The notes beneath the pieces are model-generated. The model did not search any database. It was not told the DNA's origin and saw only the letters and a program-made list of their open reading frames with translations. A DNA stretch of 63,992 bases, counting the filler, from Craspedostauros australis (Eukaryota): assembly GCA_030167865.1 (NCBI GenBank). It is 6 parts of 6 records of this genome, joined end to end, with 100 filler letters (N's around TTAATTAATTAA, not from the genome) between each part and the next. Parts side by side here need not be neighbours in the genome. Positions count along the whole stretch, not along the records: positions 14,027 to 24,375 come from JALAGF010003486.1; positions 24,476 to 36,296 come from JALAGF010003487.1; 4 more parts are not named here. One strand, 5' to 3'. The position numbers were made by a program, and so were the translations under genes. This document shows positions 21,337 to 31,700 of the stretch, one piece after another. Numbering within the stretch: the stretch's first letter is position 1; every line of letters begins with the position of its first letter.

Positions 21337-23169
21337 ATGACGATGGAGATGAAGAGGACGATTCTGCATGATCTGAGGCGTGTATCCGAACGACACAAGC
21401 ACAGATCCTGCTTCCAAGTCGTCCATCCATCGCAGGATGGCGTTGCGAGAAGGGACATTATCACCTATGGAGAGGCGTGGGAGGCGATCCAGTGGCACAA
21501 GGGATGGTTGTCCGCCTTTCTGCAAGAATCACTTGCTGCGGATGCCACCGATGGCGGTTGTCACAGCGTCGTCGTGGCGTACCTCTCCTCCAACTCGCTC
21601 AGCATGCTGATGTCCGTGCTGGCTTGCACGGCAGACGACGGGGCAATTCCAGCGTTGCCGGTCATGCTGAACACGCGATGGACGGCACAGGAAATGGCCA
21701 GAGCGCTCGCACCATCAGCGGCAGCAGGAGCAGCAGGAAAGGGCTCGGTCACGTGCAGAACCTTGCTTCTGTACAGCAGTGAATTCCATGCAACGGCGCA
21801 GAGGGTGTCTCAGATTCTCAACGGTAGCAAGAGAAGCGGCACGAGCAGCAACGAACATCTGTGCAAATGCCTGCATCTTCCATCCTTGTCCGCATCGTCC
21901 AGACCTGTGCTGACAACGCAATCCGATCATGAAAGTGACACCAAGCAAGCTAACAAAATGTCACGTTCATCGTTGACAGAACTGCGAAGCGGCGACGCAT
22001 TCGCGAGCAAGGATGCCATCATTGTGTTCACATCAGGGACAACATCCGGCCAACCAAAGGGAGTGCGATTGAGCCACCGGGCGCTGCTCGTCCAGGCGTA
22101 CGCCAAGTGCCATTCTCCTTGTGAGTACTCCCTGGACACGGTTCTGCTCGCGTCGACTGTGCCGTTCTTTCACATTGGTGGTCTCAGCAGCGCATTGGCG
22201 GTCCTGCTAGCTGGTGGTTGTTTGGCATTGCCGGCGCATCCAGCAGCAACAACAACAGCGACAATCTCAACGAACGCGCAGCAATCGCCGGCATCTTTCA
22301 ATCCGCCGCTTGTCTGGAAATGCTTGTCGAAGGATACAAATGCCGATGATGCATTGCACTGCGTCAACACCTTGGTCGTCGTTCCGGCCATGCTGGTGGC
22401 CATGGCACAGGCATACGCACATCAACAACGTCCCACAGCACGATACTCCCACGTCCGATTGGTGTTGATCGGTGGCCAATCCATCCCGCACAAGCTCCAC
22501 CAACAGTACAAGCAGAAGATCCTCCCCAACGCGCGGTTCCTCCAAACCTACGCCTGCACGGAAGCCGCGTCGTCGTTGACGTTTTTGGATCTGCAGCGTA
22601 CCTCTGCTGCTGTCTCGTTTGCCGACTGCATTGGGACACCGCCACCGCATGTTCAACTAAAAATTCAGAAAACAGACAACCGCATCGGCTTGATCGCCTT
22701 CGCAGGACCGCAGATGATGAATGGGTATTGGGATCGCGATGCACCGACGCAGCTCGATCGCAATCCCAATGAATACCTCACCACGTCCGATTTGGGATTT
22801 GTCGATGACGGCACCTTCTACTTTTGTGGCCGCAGCACGGACACGATCCGGACAGGTGGGGAGACCGTCTTTGCTTCCGAAGTCGAACGCATCCTGCTGC
22901 GGCATGCCGAAATTGTGGAATGTGCCGTGTTTCCCAGAATTGATGAACGATTCGGAGAAGCCGTGGCGTGTGTTGTCGTCATTGCCACCGGCGCCGACAT
23001 GAATCTCAACATCATTCAGCAACTGTGCACGCAGCATCATCTGGCCAAGTACAAACGGCCGCGATATTTGTTTCTCGTCCCAACCATCCCCAAAACGGCA
23101 TCGGGCAAGGTGCTGAAACAAGAATTGATTCGCAAGTACGGAGGACGGCCGCAGTTGAGCAAGCTGTAA
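21337..23169 (+). CDS. AMP-dependent acyl-CoA ligase, o-succinylbenzoate-CoA ligase (MenE/AAE14)-like, ending in PTS1 -SKL
   Basis: Motifs FTSGTTSGQPKGVRLSH, PFFHIGGLSS, TYACTEAASSLTF, GRSTDTIRTGGETV and PKTASGKVLK. The first ATG is at 21337. Confidence 0.8.
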   Translation: MTMEMKRTILHDLRRVSERHKHRSCFQVVHPSQDGVARRDIITYGEAWEAIQWHKGWLSAFLQESLAADATDGGCHSVVVAYLSSNSLSMLMSVLACTADDGAIPALPVMLNTRWTAQEMARALAPSAAAGAAGKGSVTCRTLLLYSSEFHATAQRVSQILNGSKRSGTSSNEHLCKCLHLPSLSASSRPVLTTQSDHESDTKQANKMSRSSLTELRSGDAFASKDAIIVFTSGTTSGQPKGVRLSHRALLVQAYAKCHSPCEYSLDTVLLASTVPFFHIGGLSSALAVLLAGGCLALPAHPAATTTATISTNAQQSPASFNPPLVWKCLSKDTNADDALHCVNTLVVVPAMLVAMAQAYAHQQRPTARYSHVRLVLIGGQSIPHKLHQQYKQKILPNARFLQTYACTEAASSLTFLDLQRTSAAVSFADCIGTPPPHVQLKIQKTDNRIGLIAFAGPQMMNGYWDRDAPTQLDRNPNEYLTTSDLGFVDDGTFYFCGRSTDTIRTGGETVFASEVERILLRHAEIVECAVFPRIDERFGEAVACVVVIATGADMNLNIIQQLCTQHHLAKYKRPRYLFLVPTIPKTASGKVLKQELIRKYGGRPQLSKL

Positions 23170-23174
23170 TAATT

Positions 23175-24374
23175 TCATCGATTCTTATTCTTTCCCATAC
23201 CCTTGACCATTCGTTTATGCAGCTTCTTGACTCGTTTTTCAGTCTTCTTTTCGATGGCGGCGCGTTTGGAATTGGTGGACGATTTGCGCTTGGCGCCGCG
23301 TTTGCGGTCTTTCTCTGAATAGGATTTGGACGACTGCGTTGCCTGCTTGGCGAGGATGCGACGAAATGCTCCTGCGGTTGCCTGTTCGTGGACGGCGCCG
23401 GCGGATTTCGTCTGGCGTTGCTTGCCGTTCGACGGTGATTTGGGGACGCTAGCGCCGGTCGCAGCACTCTTCTTGGCTGTGCTGCGATTGCCTTTGCCAC
23501 CTTTCAATCGCTTGCCACACACCTGAACGCGCAGCTCTCGTTTGTTGTACGTTGTGCCGTGCAGCTTCAGCGCCGAGGCTGCCAATGATTTGTCGCGGAA
23601 CAGAATGTAACCGAATCCCTTGCATTGGCGCGTTTCCTTGTCTCTCACAATTCGAACACCTTCGATGTCGCCCTTGTCCAACGAACAGCCGGTTTCGAAG
23701 TGCTTTTGCAATGACGCTTCGTCGGTGTGGCCGTGCGACAGATTGCCGACGAAGACGCTGCGCGATGCATCAATCGTGGGTTTCGCACGATCGATGCGCA
23801 ACGTGTGTCCTTCCACTTTCAATACGTTATTGAGCTGCAGCGCCTTCTCAACCGATTCCGCAGATTTGAAGACGACGTATCCTTGCACCGTGGCCGCGGT
23901 GGATTCTATCTTCCCCGTGTTGACGCAAACCTTGCGCATGAGATCCTGGTTGCCGGCCTCGGAGGGCGGAAGCTTGATGCCCGTGACGGGGATGTTGCGC
24001 AGACGCGCGCTGTGGACCGTCCCGCAGTCAGCGAACAGCCTGGCCAGCGCCTTGCGCGAAATGAGGGGGAGGTTGCCGACGAAGATGGTGCGCTCGTCGT
24101 CAATTCTGCCGCCAGCGTCATTGCCGTCCTCCGGGTTCTGCGTTGCGCCAGCTGGCTTCTGTGGCTTCCTGCCCTTCGTTCTCCGCTTGTTGCCATCTGC
24201 GGCTTCCTCCGAGAAAGTGGCATCGCCGTCGCCACTTCTATCGCGGCTGGGCGGCCGTTCCACGGGCTTGTGCTGCGGGCGTTCTGGAAGCGCCTTCGAC
24301 TCATCGAACAGCGATTCCCTGGTTTCATCCTTCTGCGCTTCTCCGCCGAAGATCGATCCAAGGAGGCTCGTCAT
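23175..24374 (-). CDS. RBM34: Nucleolar two-RRM protein (RBM34/Nop12 family)
   Basis: ERTIFVGNLP...VHSARLR, GYVVFKS, RSVFVGNLS...IEGVRIVRDKETRQCKGFGYILF and a basic tail. Confidence 0.87.
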   Translation of the reverse strand: MTSLLGSIFGGEAQKDETRESLFDESKALPERPQHKPVERPPSRDRSGDGDATFSEEAADGNKRRTKGRKPQKPAGATQNPEDGNDAGGRIDDERTIFVGNLPLISRKALARLFADCGTVHSARLRNIPVTGIKLPPSEAGNQDLMRKVCVNTGKIESTAATVQGYVVFKSAESVEKALQLNNVLKVEGHTLRIDRAKPTIDASRSVFVGNLSHGHTDEASLQKHFETGCSLDKGDIEGVRIVRDKETRQCKGFGYILFRDKSLAASALKLHGTTYNKRELRVQVCGKRLKGGKGNRSTAKKSAATGASVPKSPSNGKQRQTKSAGAVHEQATAGAFRRILAKQATQSSKSYSEKDRKRGAKRKSSTNSKRAAIEKKTEKRVKKLHKRMVKGMGKNKNR

Positions 24375-24375
24375 G

Positions 24376-24475
24376 NNNNNNNNNNNNNNNNNNNNNNNNN
24401 NNNNNNNNNNNNNNNNNNNTTAATTAATTAANNNNNNNNNNNNNNNNNNNNNNNNNNNNNNNNNNNNNNNNNNNN
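24376..24475. other. Artificial contig spacer
   Basis: N44-TTAATTAATTAA-N44. Confidence 0.98.
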
Positions 24476-24905
24476 AACCCAGACAGGGTGGAACCAATCC
24501 AACGCCAGATGCTCGCACCCGCGATACATCCCACCCCGACCGTGAAACACTCGTTGCGCTTCGGTGCTTTCTGTTATCGCTGTCATGTTGGACGTTGCGA
24601 TGACGTCGAAGATTCCAGGGCATGTGCACATGCCTGTGGCTGTGCATTGCTGGTTTGTATCGACCTTGTCCGAGAGAATTTCTGCTGGCTTGGTTTTATA
24701 CACTCTGGCGTCATCACTATCCGGCGTCAACCCCAATCTTAGTATCGTTGCTACCAATGCGGTTGGCCTCGATTTGAGTTCATGCCAATTGCAGAGACTC
24801 GGAGATGACGCCTGAAGCGATCTTGCGGACCGACGTGTCGTTGTCAGAGAACGATCATGGCTGAACGCCGAGGGGAATGAACCTGGATGGAAAGCCAGAC
24901 ATGAC

Positions 24906-24945
<40 letters not shown>

Positions 24946-25045
24946 TGGGAGTGGCCGCAGCTGTGTTGCAAAAGCAAATGAAGCATGTCACTGCAATCGC
25001 CGTCGCTCTGGCAATAGCATGGTGGCTTGGATAGATCAGTCTCAT
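24476..25045 (-). CDS. RlmI-like methyltransferase, 5' fragment cut by the contig end
   Basis: Identical to 14027-14596. Confidence 0.8.
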
Positions 25046-25397
25046 GATTGCTACTATCGTGTGTCCACGTGTCGTGGAGACACATTGGTGGGGGAAGAGG
25101 ATTCGTCAAACCTGAATCTCTGTGTTCCTTGAAATGAACGGTTGTGGCGGCAATGATTAGTGTTCGTGATTCGGTGTTCGCCAAGTGTTCTCTCGAATCT
25201 TCCTTCCATCCTTGACACCACCACCACGTCCACCTCCACCACCAGGCAACATCAGCCAGCGTCCAGCAATCCATTGAAACCACACACAATCGCAGCATCG
25301 CCCACATGCCTAAACAACAAACCGACAAAGAGAGATAATAGGTATCATATTGAACATTGATTGCGTGCATTTACGATGTGATGGTTTACAATTGCAA

Positions 25398-26339
25398 CTA
25401 CAAGCCCTGAGTTCGGACGACTGTAGCTGGCGAGGCATAGCTGAGATGCAGGCGCAGATCAGGCCGGTTCTTCAATGTCCGAATGTACGTGTAAGCGGTC
25501 ATGTGGTCTTGGGTTGTGATGCCAGCACGAGAATAGACCAGCCGGGTCCCGTTGATCTGTGCCTCGGACTTGATCCGTTCCGCCTCCGACTGTGCCTTGG
25601 ATCGGATGAGCGATGCATTGGCATTTGCCGTCCTCAACGTGACGCTCTTCTCCAGCTCGATCCTATTCACCTGTACGCTGGTCTCCTCGCGTTCTAGCTC
25701 CGCCAGCTGTAGGAACTCCTCCATGTCGTTGCGTTCGTTCTGGATGCGGCCTTCCAATTGCTTCTGTGCCACATTCTCGGGGATGCGGATGCGTCCCAAA
25801 TGGAACTGATCCAACGTGCAATGCAACGACGGCTTTTCGTTCCATCGATTTCGCACCGCATCGCGGAACTTGCGTTCCACCAACCTGCGCTCTTGGAAGT
25901 ACTCATTGAAGGTGACAGAGATTGCGGCGTTCTTGATGGCATCCTTGGCACGTGACACAACCACATCCTTGTATCCTCGCGCGAGCTCTCTGTGCAGGTC
26001 AATGATCTCGTCCTCGATGAGGAAGTAGGTGAAGTCGACATCCACCTCGAAGGCAAGGCCGATGGACTCGTTGCCGCCTCCCGCTGAAAATACAGCAAGC
26101 TCCTCGAATGACTCGGAATGCGCGTCGGCTTGGTACGTGATGAAGGTCTTGTCCGGGCCAAGATGGTAGCGCCCGCGCGTGTACACCTTGTCGTAGAATA
26201 TGGTGCCAGTGGACTTGCGCTTGCTGATACCGAATTCGTAGTAGTCGATGTATCCGAAACTGAGGGGCAACAGGATGACGAAGAGGAGCAGTCCGGTCAG
26301 CAGCAGGCAGATGCCGCAATTTCTACCATCCTTTGCCAT
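25398..26339 (-). CDS. SPFH/band-7 protein A, copy 2
   Basis: Translation identical to 14949-15890. Confidence 0.82.
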   Translation of the reverse strand: MAKDGRNCGICLLLTGLLLFVILLPLSFGYIDYYEFGISKRKSTGTIFYDKVYTRGRYHLGPDKTFITYQADAHSESFEELAVFSAGGGNESIGLAFEVDVDFTYFLIEDEIIDLHRELARGYKDVVVSRAKDAIKNAAISVTFNEYFQERRLVERKFRDAVRNRWNEKPSLHCTLDQFHLGRIRIPENVAQKQLEGRIQNERNDMEEFLQLAELEREETSVQVNRIELEKSVTLRTANANASLIRSKAQSEAERIKSEAQINGTRLVYSRAGITTQDHMTAYTYIRTLKNRPDLRLHLSYASPATVVRTQGL

Positions 26340-27084
26340 GGTTGTTGTTGTTGTGATATGATATGTACGTTGGAAGTGCGAGTGCTTTGATGTGTGATGT
26401 GTGGTGTGTGATGTGTGGTGTGTGATATGCACGTTGGAAGTGCGAGTGCTTTGAAGTTCTTTTTATGAGATGCCGATCAATGTCTGCTGCTATCTATTCT
26501 CGATTGCTGGTTGTGCTGCTCTTGATGATCTGTGGGGCTGTGTTCTTGTGCTTGTTAGTTGCTCGTTTGGATACTCGTTTGGGTTGCGTGTTTGGCTTGT
26601 TCTGCCGTGTTTGGAGTCGAATCTTTTCATTCGCGCTCGTGGCTCGTGGTTGCGTTCTGCGTTTCATTCCCGTTGGTTGATGTCACGACTCGAAACGTGA
26701 TGTCGTGTCATTGATACGACACAAAGACGACAGGTCCATCGCGAAATCTCATTGTGCATTTGTCTGAAGCGACATCCGCGACATCCAGACGAGCACAAAC
26801 ACGCCACCAATTCCGCGAAATTCCGATTTGCAAACACGGTGTCACGACTGAAACCTGAATTGCAGATGCGCCAAACAAAAAGATCTCCTCGCGCCCCTCG
26901 GTGCGACACCGACAGGCCTGCGACCACACTGCGTCTCATCTCTGTTGGGCACTTCACATCTTGTGTCATAAAATCAAAGAGTGAGCCAAACACAACTCGT
27001 GCTCGACACTCCACCAAATCCAACAAACCCAACGACACCAACAACTACTACAACTGCATCAAACAAAGCCGCAGCAATTACAAC

Positions 27085-28218
27085 ATGACTCGATCTTCCA
27101 AGGGTGAAGAGAGCGATGGCGACATCGGCTTCAATGCTTCGTTCAAGTCCGCCACGCCATTGATGGACGAGGGAGATGTGGAGGACGCGGCAGGTGCGGC
27201 AGATCCTTCAAGCAAGGACCACCAACGAAGTACAAGCCCTTCACGTCGGTCCCGCCAGACCGAACGTCGTGAACTCACTCCTGGGATGATCCGAGCCAGA
27301 CGCATCTCATGCTGCATTTTTGTGCTCGTGCTCGTGATCACGCTAATCGCCGTACTCGCCACCTCATTCAAGAAGGTCGACAACACCGAGTACGGCCTGA
27401 AGTACGCCAAGTACTCAAAGGTCTTGAACGACGCATCTCAGTCGGGAGGGTTGCATGCGGGTCCTCCGGGATTCAAGTTCATCAAGTTCCCCTCGACGTT
27501 CGTCACCGCCGATCAGGAAGGAACCTGCATCTCGAGAGATGGTCTCCGAGTTGAGTTCTCCCTGACATTCCAGTACCTCATCAAGCAAGAGAACCTGTAC
27601 GACGCCGTCATTCGGTATCGCGACTTTGGCAAGTGGGCCAATATCGTCGAAGCGGCAGGGCAGAGCTCGGTCCAGCATTCATGCTCCGAATTCTTCATCT
27701 CCAACTTCCAGAACAAGCGCGGGGAGATCCAGTCGACGATGGAAGCGAATCTTCGCTCGAAGCTTGGTGGCGATCCACAAGACCCGAACGACTTTGGCGT
27801 TTTCGCCGAGGCCATCTCGCTACAACTTCGCAATGTGGAGCTGCCAACAGAGTACGACGACGCCATCTCGAAGAAGCAGTCCGCGGAGGAAGACATCGAG
27901 CTTGCTCGGACACAACGCAAGCAGGAGATCACGAAGGCCCGGACCGAGTTCCTCGCCGCTGAGCAGGAGGCGCAAAGGATCCTGGACATTGCAGAGACTG
28001 AAGCGAATGTGCTCATCACCGAGGCCAACCTGAAGGCTCAAGAAACACTGTTCGCATTTGAAAAGGAAGCAGAGACGTTGGTCTCCGTCAAGGAAAGCTT
28101 GAACTTGACAACCACTGGAGTCCTTGCGTACACCACCAACAAGATGTTGGAGGACGTGGAGACGCTTTCCATTTCGGCGGGAGAACCCGCTGCATTGTCA
28201 CGAAAGGATGAACTGTAG
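27085..28218 (+). CDS. SPFH/band-7 protein B, copy 2
   Basis: Identical to copy 1 except at the 3' end: YTTN versus YVTN, SRKDEL versus SQKDEL, plus synonymous changes. Confidence 0.87.
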   Translation: MTRSSKGEESDGDIGFNASFKSATPLMDEGDVEDAAGAADPSSKDHQRSTSPSRRSRQTERRELTPGMIRARRISCCIFVLVLVITLIAVLATSFKKVDNTEYGLKYAKYSKVLNDASQSGGLHAGPPGFKFIKFPSTFVTADQEGTCISRDGLRVEFSLTFQYLIKQENLYDAVIRYRDFGKWANIVEAAGQSSVQHSCSEFFISNFQNKRGEIQSTMEANLRSKLGGDPQDPNDFGVFAEAISLQLRNVELPTEYDDAISKKQSAEEDIELARTQRKQEITKARTEFLAAEQEAQRILDIAETEANVLITEANLKAQETLFAFEKEAETLVSVKESLNLTTTGVLAYTTNKMLEDVETLSISAGEPAALSRKDEL

Positions 28219-28724
28219 AGCAAGAAGATTGCCACTCTTACTAGTCGATACTACCATGACATGCAGTCTTCAGTCCATCAGAGCGCAGCAAACGCAAACG
28301 CAATCGCACTTTCTGAGCAACACAATAACAACGTATTACATAACTCGATGGTTTCATTTTAATCCGTCCACGTGCTATCATTTCTTCCAGGCCGCCCTGA
28401 TGGCTGCTTCCCTGACAGATTCCCGAATGTCTCGAACAATACCAGAGTAGTCGTACGTGGGCCTTGACCGATACCATTTCATGAGCATTTGAATGAGACA
28501 GCCACACGGCTATTTGGCCATACCACCACAGGCGCGCACCAAATTAGCTTGCCGTAGTAGAAGACCGAAGCGGTTATGGACAGGGAGCACTGCATCCCAC
28601 GAACGCGTGCGCCAACCATGTGGTGAATACGAAGTCCAGCTTACTATTACTCGTAGTATGAATAGATGCACACTCTCATAGAGAGTTCTGTCTCTTGTCC
28701 ACGCGCTTCGCTGCATCACCGACG

Positions 28725-31700
28725 CTAGTCGCCCAAGGCGATGAAGACATCTTCCAGCGACGACTGTGACAAGAGGAACTGGTTAATGCGGCCCTCTGTC
28801 TTGCTCTCCGGGCTATACAAGGCACGGAAGACTCGCTCCAGATCAAGATCGCGCGGCAGGTTAACGTGGAGGGTCTTGGCTTGCTTCGTGGCGAGCGTGG
28901 CATCGCTGTGCAGGCGTTTCAAAACAAATGCCATCGCGCTTTCCTGATTGTCGATGTCGCTCTTGACGAGATTGAGCTGTAGGAGATACCCGGATCCGTA
29001 CCGGTCCTTGAGGTGTTGCTGGTTGCCAATCACCTTCAGTTTTCCATCCGCAATGATGGCGATGCGATTGCACAGGGTATCAGCTTCCACCATCATGTGC
29101 GTTGTGATGACTGTGCTGCGATCTTGCGAGTTGAAGGAATTCACCAACGCCCAGATGTTGTTGCGCGTGGATGGATCCAGGCCGCTGTGGTTATGCGTGT
29201 GCGTGTGTGTGAAGATGCATGTTCAAATGAATTTGGCACCACAGCGTTGTTCATAGAGCGTCGAGGAGCAGAAGTGGCAAATGGTGTGGAATGAATTGTT
29301 GCCAACACCTTGTGTGAGTAGACATGCCTGAATTGGTAGGAATGAACTGAGCCACTGGGCAGAAATAGACAGCAGCCAGCAGCGGCAGTAGCAGCATGGA
29401 CTTACGTTGTTGGCTCATCCAGGACCAGCACGGACGGAGATCCAATGAGAGACATGGCGATGGAGAGGCGGCGCCTCATCCCGCCGGACAATGCACCGGC
29501 CTTCCGAGTATAGACCCCCTCGGTTCCCAACCCGACAGCTTCTGCGATGCCATGGGCGACGCGTTTCACTTCTGACGATGGCAATCCCTTCAACCTTGCG
29601 AAGAACTCCAAGTGCGTCTGCACCGTCTGGCCTCTCCAAACAACATCGAACTGAGGGCAGTTTCCAAGACGCTCGAAGACAGAAATGCGCTCCAAGGCGG
29701 CGTCGTAACCGCCCACCAGGGCGAATCCGTCCGTGGGATCGTGCGCGCCAGCAAGTATGTTCAGAGCTGTTGTCTTTCCGGCGCCGTTCTTCCCGAGAAA
29801 GCCAAGGCATTGACCACGAGGAACGTGCATATCCAGCTTCTCAAGCGCTTTCTTCGGCGGTCGACCGCCCAACGCTGGATATGTCTTGGAGAGGTTGTGC
29901 ATGAGGATGGGATCGCAGTCGTCCCTTGGGATTTGAGAATGGATCAGTGTTACAGTTTCATTCACGGTACCCTCCTCAACTTCGCCTTCTCTATGTTTCG
30001 TCACCATGGGGGCAATGAGCTCGCGTACTTCCCTACTTTCCTGCTTCACCTCATCCAGGATAGTTGATGCTGTAGTTTTGGTGATGTTTCGCTTGGAGGT
30101 GCTGTTGCCGTTGGGCTCGTCGCCATCGCTTCTGTGATCTGCATCCCTCTGTGTTGCCTCATCAGCTCCAGACGACCGGCAAAGGAGAATGCTGATGAAA
30201 TGGCTCATATGCGCTCGTGCTCGCAGCACTGGGCCGGTGGGGAATGCCAGCACAAACGTGCACAAGACGCCCAGGATGGAAATGCAAGCGACGCCTAGCA
30301 GCATGTAACCAAGCACGTACGTGAACGTACGCTTCGCGTAGGGGAATTCGCAGGTTGAGCCAGTGCAACTGACGCCCTTCATGTTGGGGATGAGTACGTC
30401 TTCGACGTAGGTTTCCGGTTCCGAAATGAATGTCACCCTGCCCGTGTACACCATCGACAGGCCCTGGAAGAGGCCGAATTGTGGGAGGATCGATCCTGCT
30501 CTCGAGGTACAGTACTGCTGGTAGCCATTGATGGCGAATCCCACGCAGTTCATGAAGTATTCGTCTGGAGCAGTGCTGTTGATTCCGGTGTCGCAAAACT
30601 CGGTGATGTTTTCGATGGTAAACAGTGGCCTGCCCGAATATTCCTGGAAGTCATTGGCGCAGTCGAGTTCCCGCTCCTGGTCTGATTGATCATGTACGAA
30701 GTATATGACCAACGGCAAGAGGCTAGCAACGATGCACACGAGACCAAGGAAGGCCATCGGTAGCTTGTATCCTGGGATGAAGGATCCTGCGAGCACGGAT
30801 CCTGGAACTGAAAGAGAGAACAGGACAACCAGTACAACGACGGGACCATATCCGGCAGGTTCTCGGTAGGCTCTGAGCGTGACCGGCTTATTGTCCACCC
30901 TGTCGTCGAAGGATTCCAGAAAGGTCGTGTCGTAGAAATGCAGTTGCGGGTTTTGCCCAAACGATGACGAGCACTCCCAATCGTTTTTGGGGCACACGTC
31001 TTGGCTGGAGAAGATTGGCAACGCTGCAAATATGGACAGAACGATGAATGTGAAGAGCGTTTGAACGATGTACGCGTACGTCATGATGGAGATGAGGAAG
31101 GATTGGGCGAGCATGCCCTGGGTGCGCATGAGGTGGAAGAGTCCTTCGTTGCGGTCGCTGTACAGCATGCCACAAATTCCCACGAACATGAAAGAAACCA
31201 GGACGATTGGCAATGTGAGGGCTGCACGGTTGTCTGACCCGTTGGCGGCCAACCCTGCCACGATCGTGGTGGCAATGAAAAGCGCGTAGATGATGTAGTT
31301 CGCGATGGAAGAGCTGTATATCCAGTTTCTTGCCAGGAGAAAGCGCAGTAGACTTATGACCTGGTTCATCACGGTGAGCCTTGGTTTGAAGCCGGCGATT
31401 TCTTGGAGGCGGTCTGGCTTGGCCTGTGCGGCGGCGTGGTCGTCTTCTGTCTCAGGATGTTGATTCTGATTGAATTCCGTTTCATCCTGCTGCCCGCCTT
31501 CTTGCGCCGAAGAATTCATGGCCTCGTCAGTGAGAGCCGCAGAATCGCCTGTGACCTTGAGAAAGACTTCTTCGAGGCTGCTGTTGGAGAATCCGTATTC
31601 CTGCACCAAGGATTCGTCGCCGTTGAGCCACGACACGAAGGAGGCAAGCAGTTCGACGCTGACGCCCTGCTGGTCGTCTCCACTCTCAATTCGTTGGATG

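Larger units (their letters stand above)
24476..27998 (+). repeat. 3,523-bp block, copy 2
   Basis: Same first base and sequence as 14027-17549. The first difference seen is T at 27999 versus C at 17550. Confidence 0.95.
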
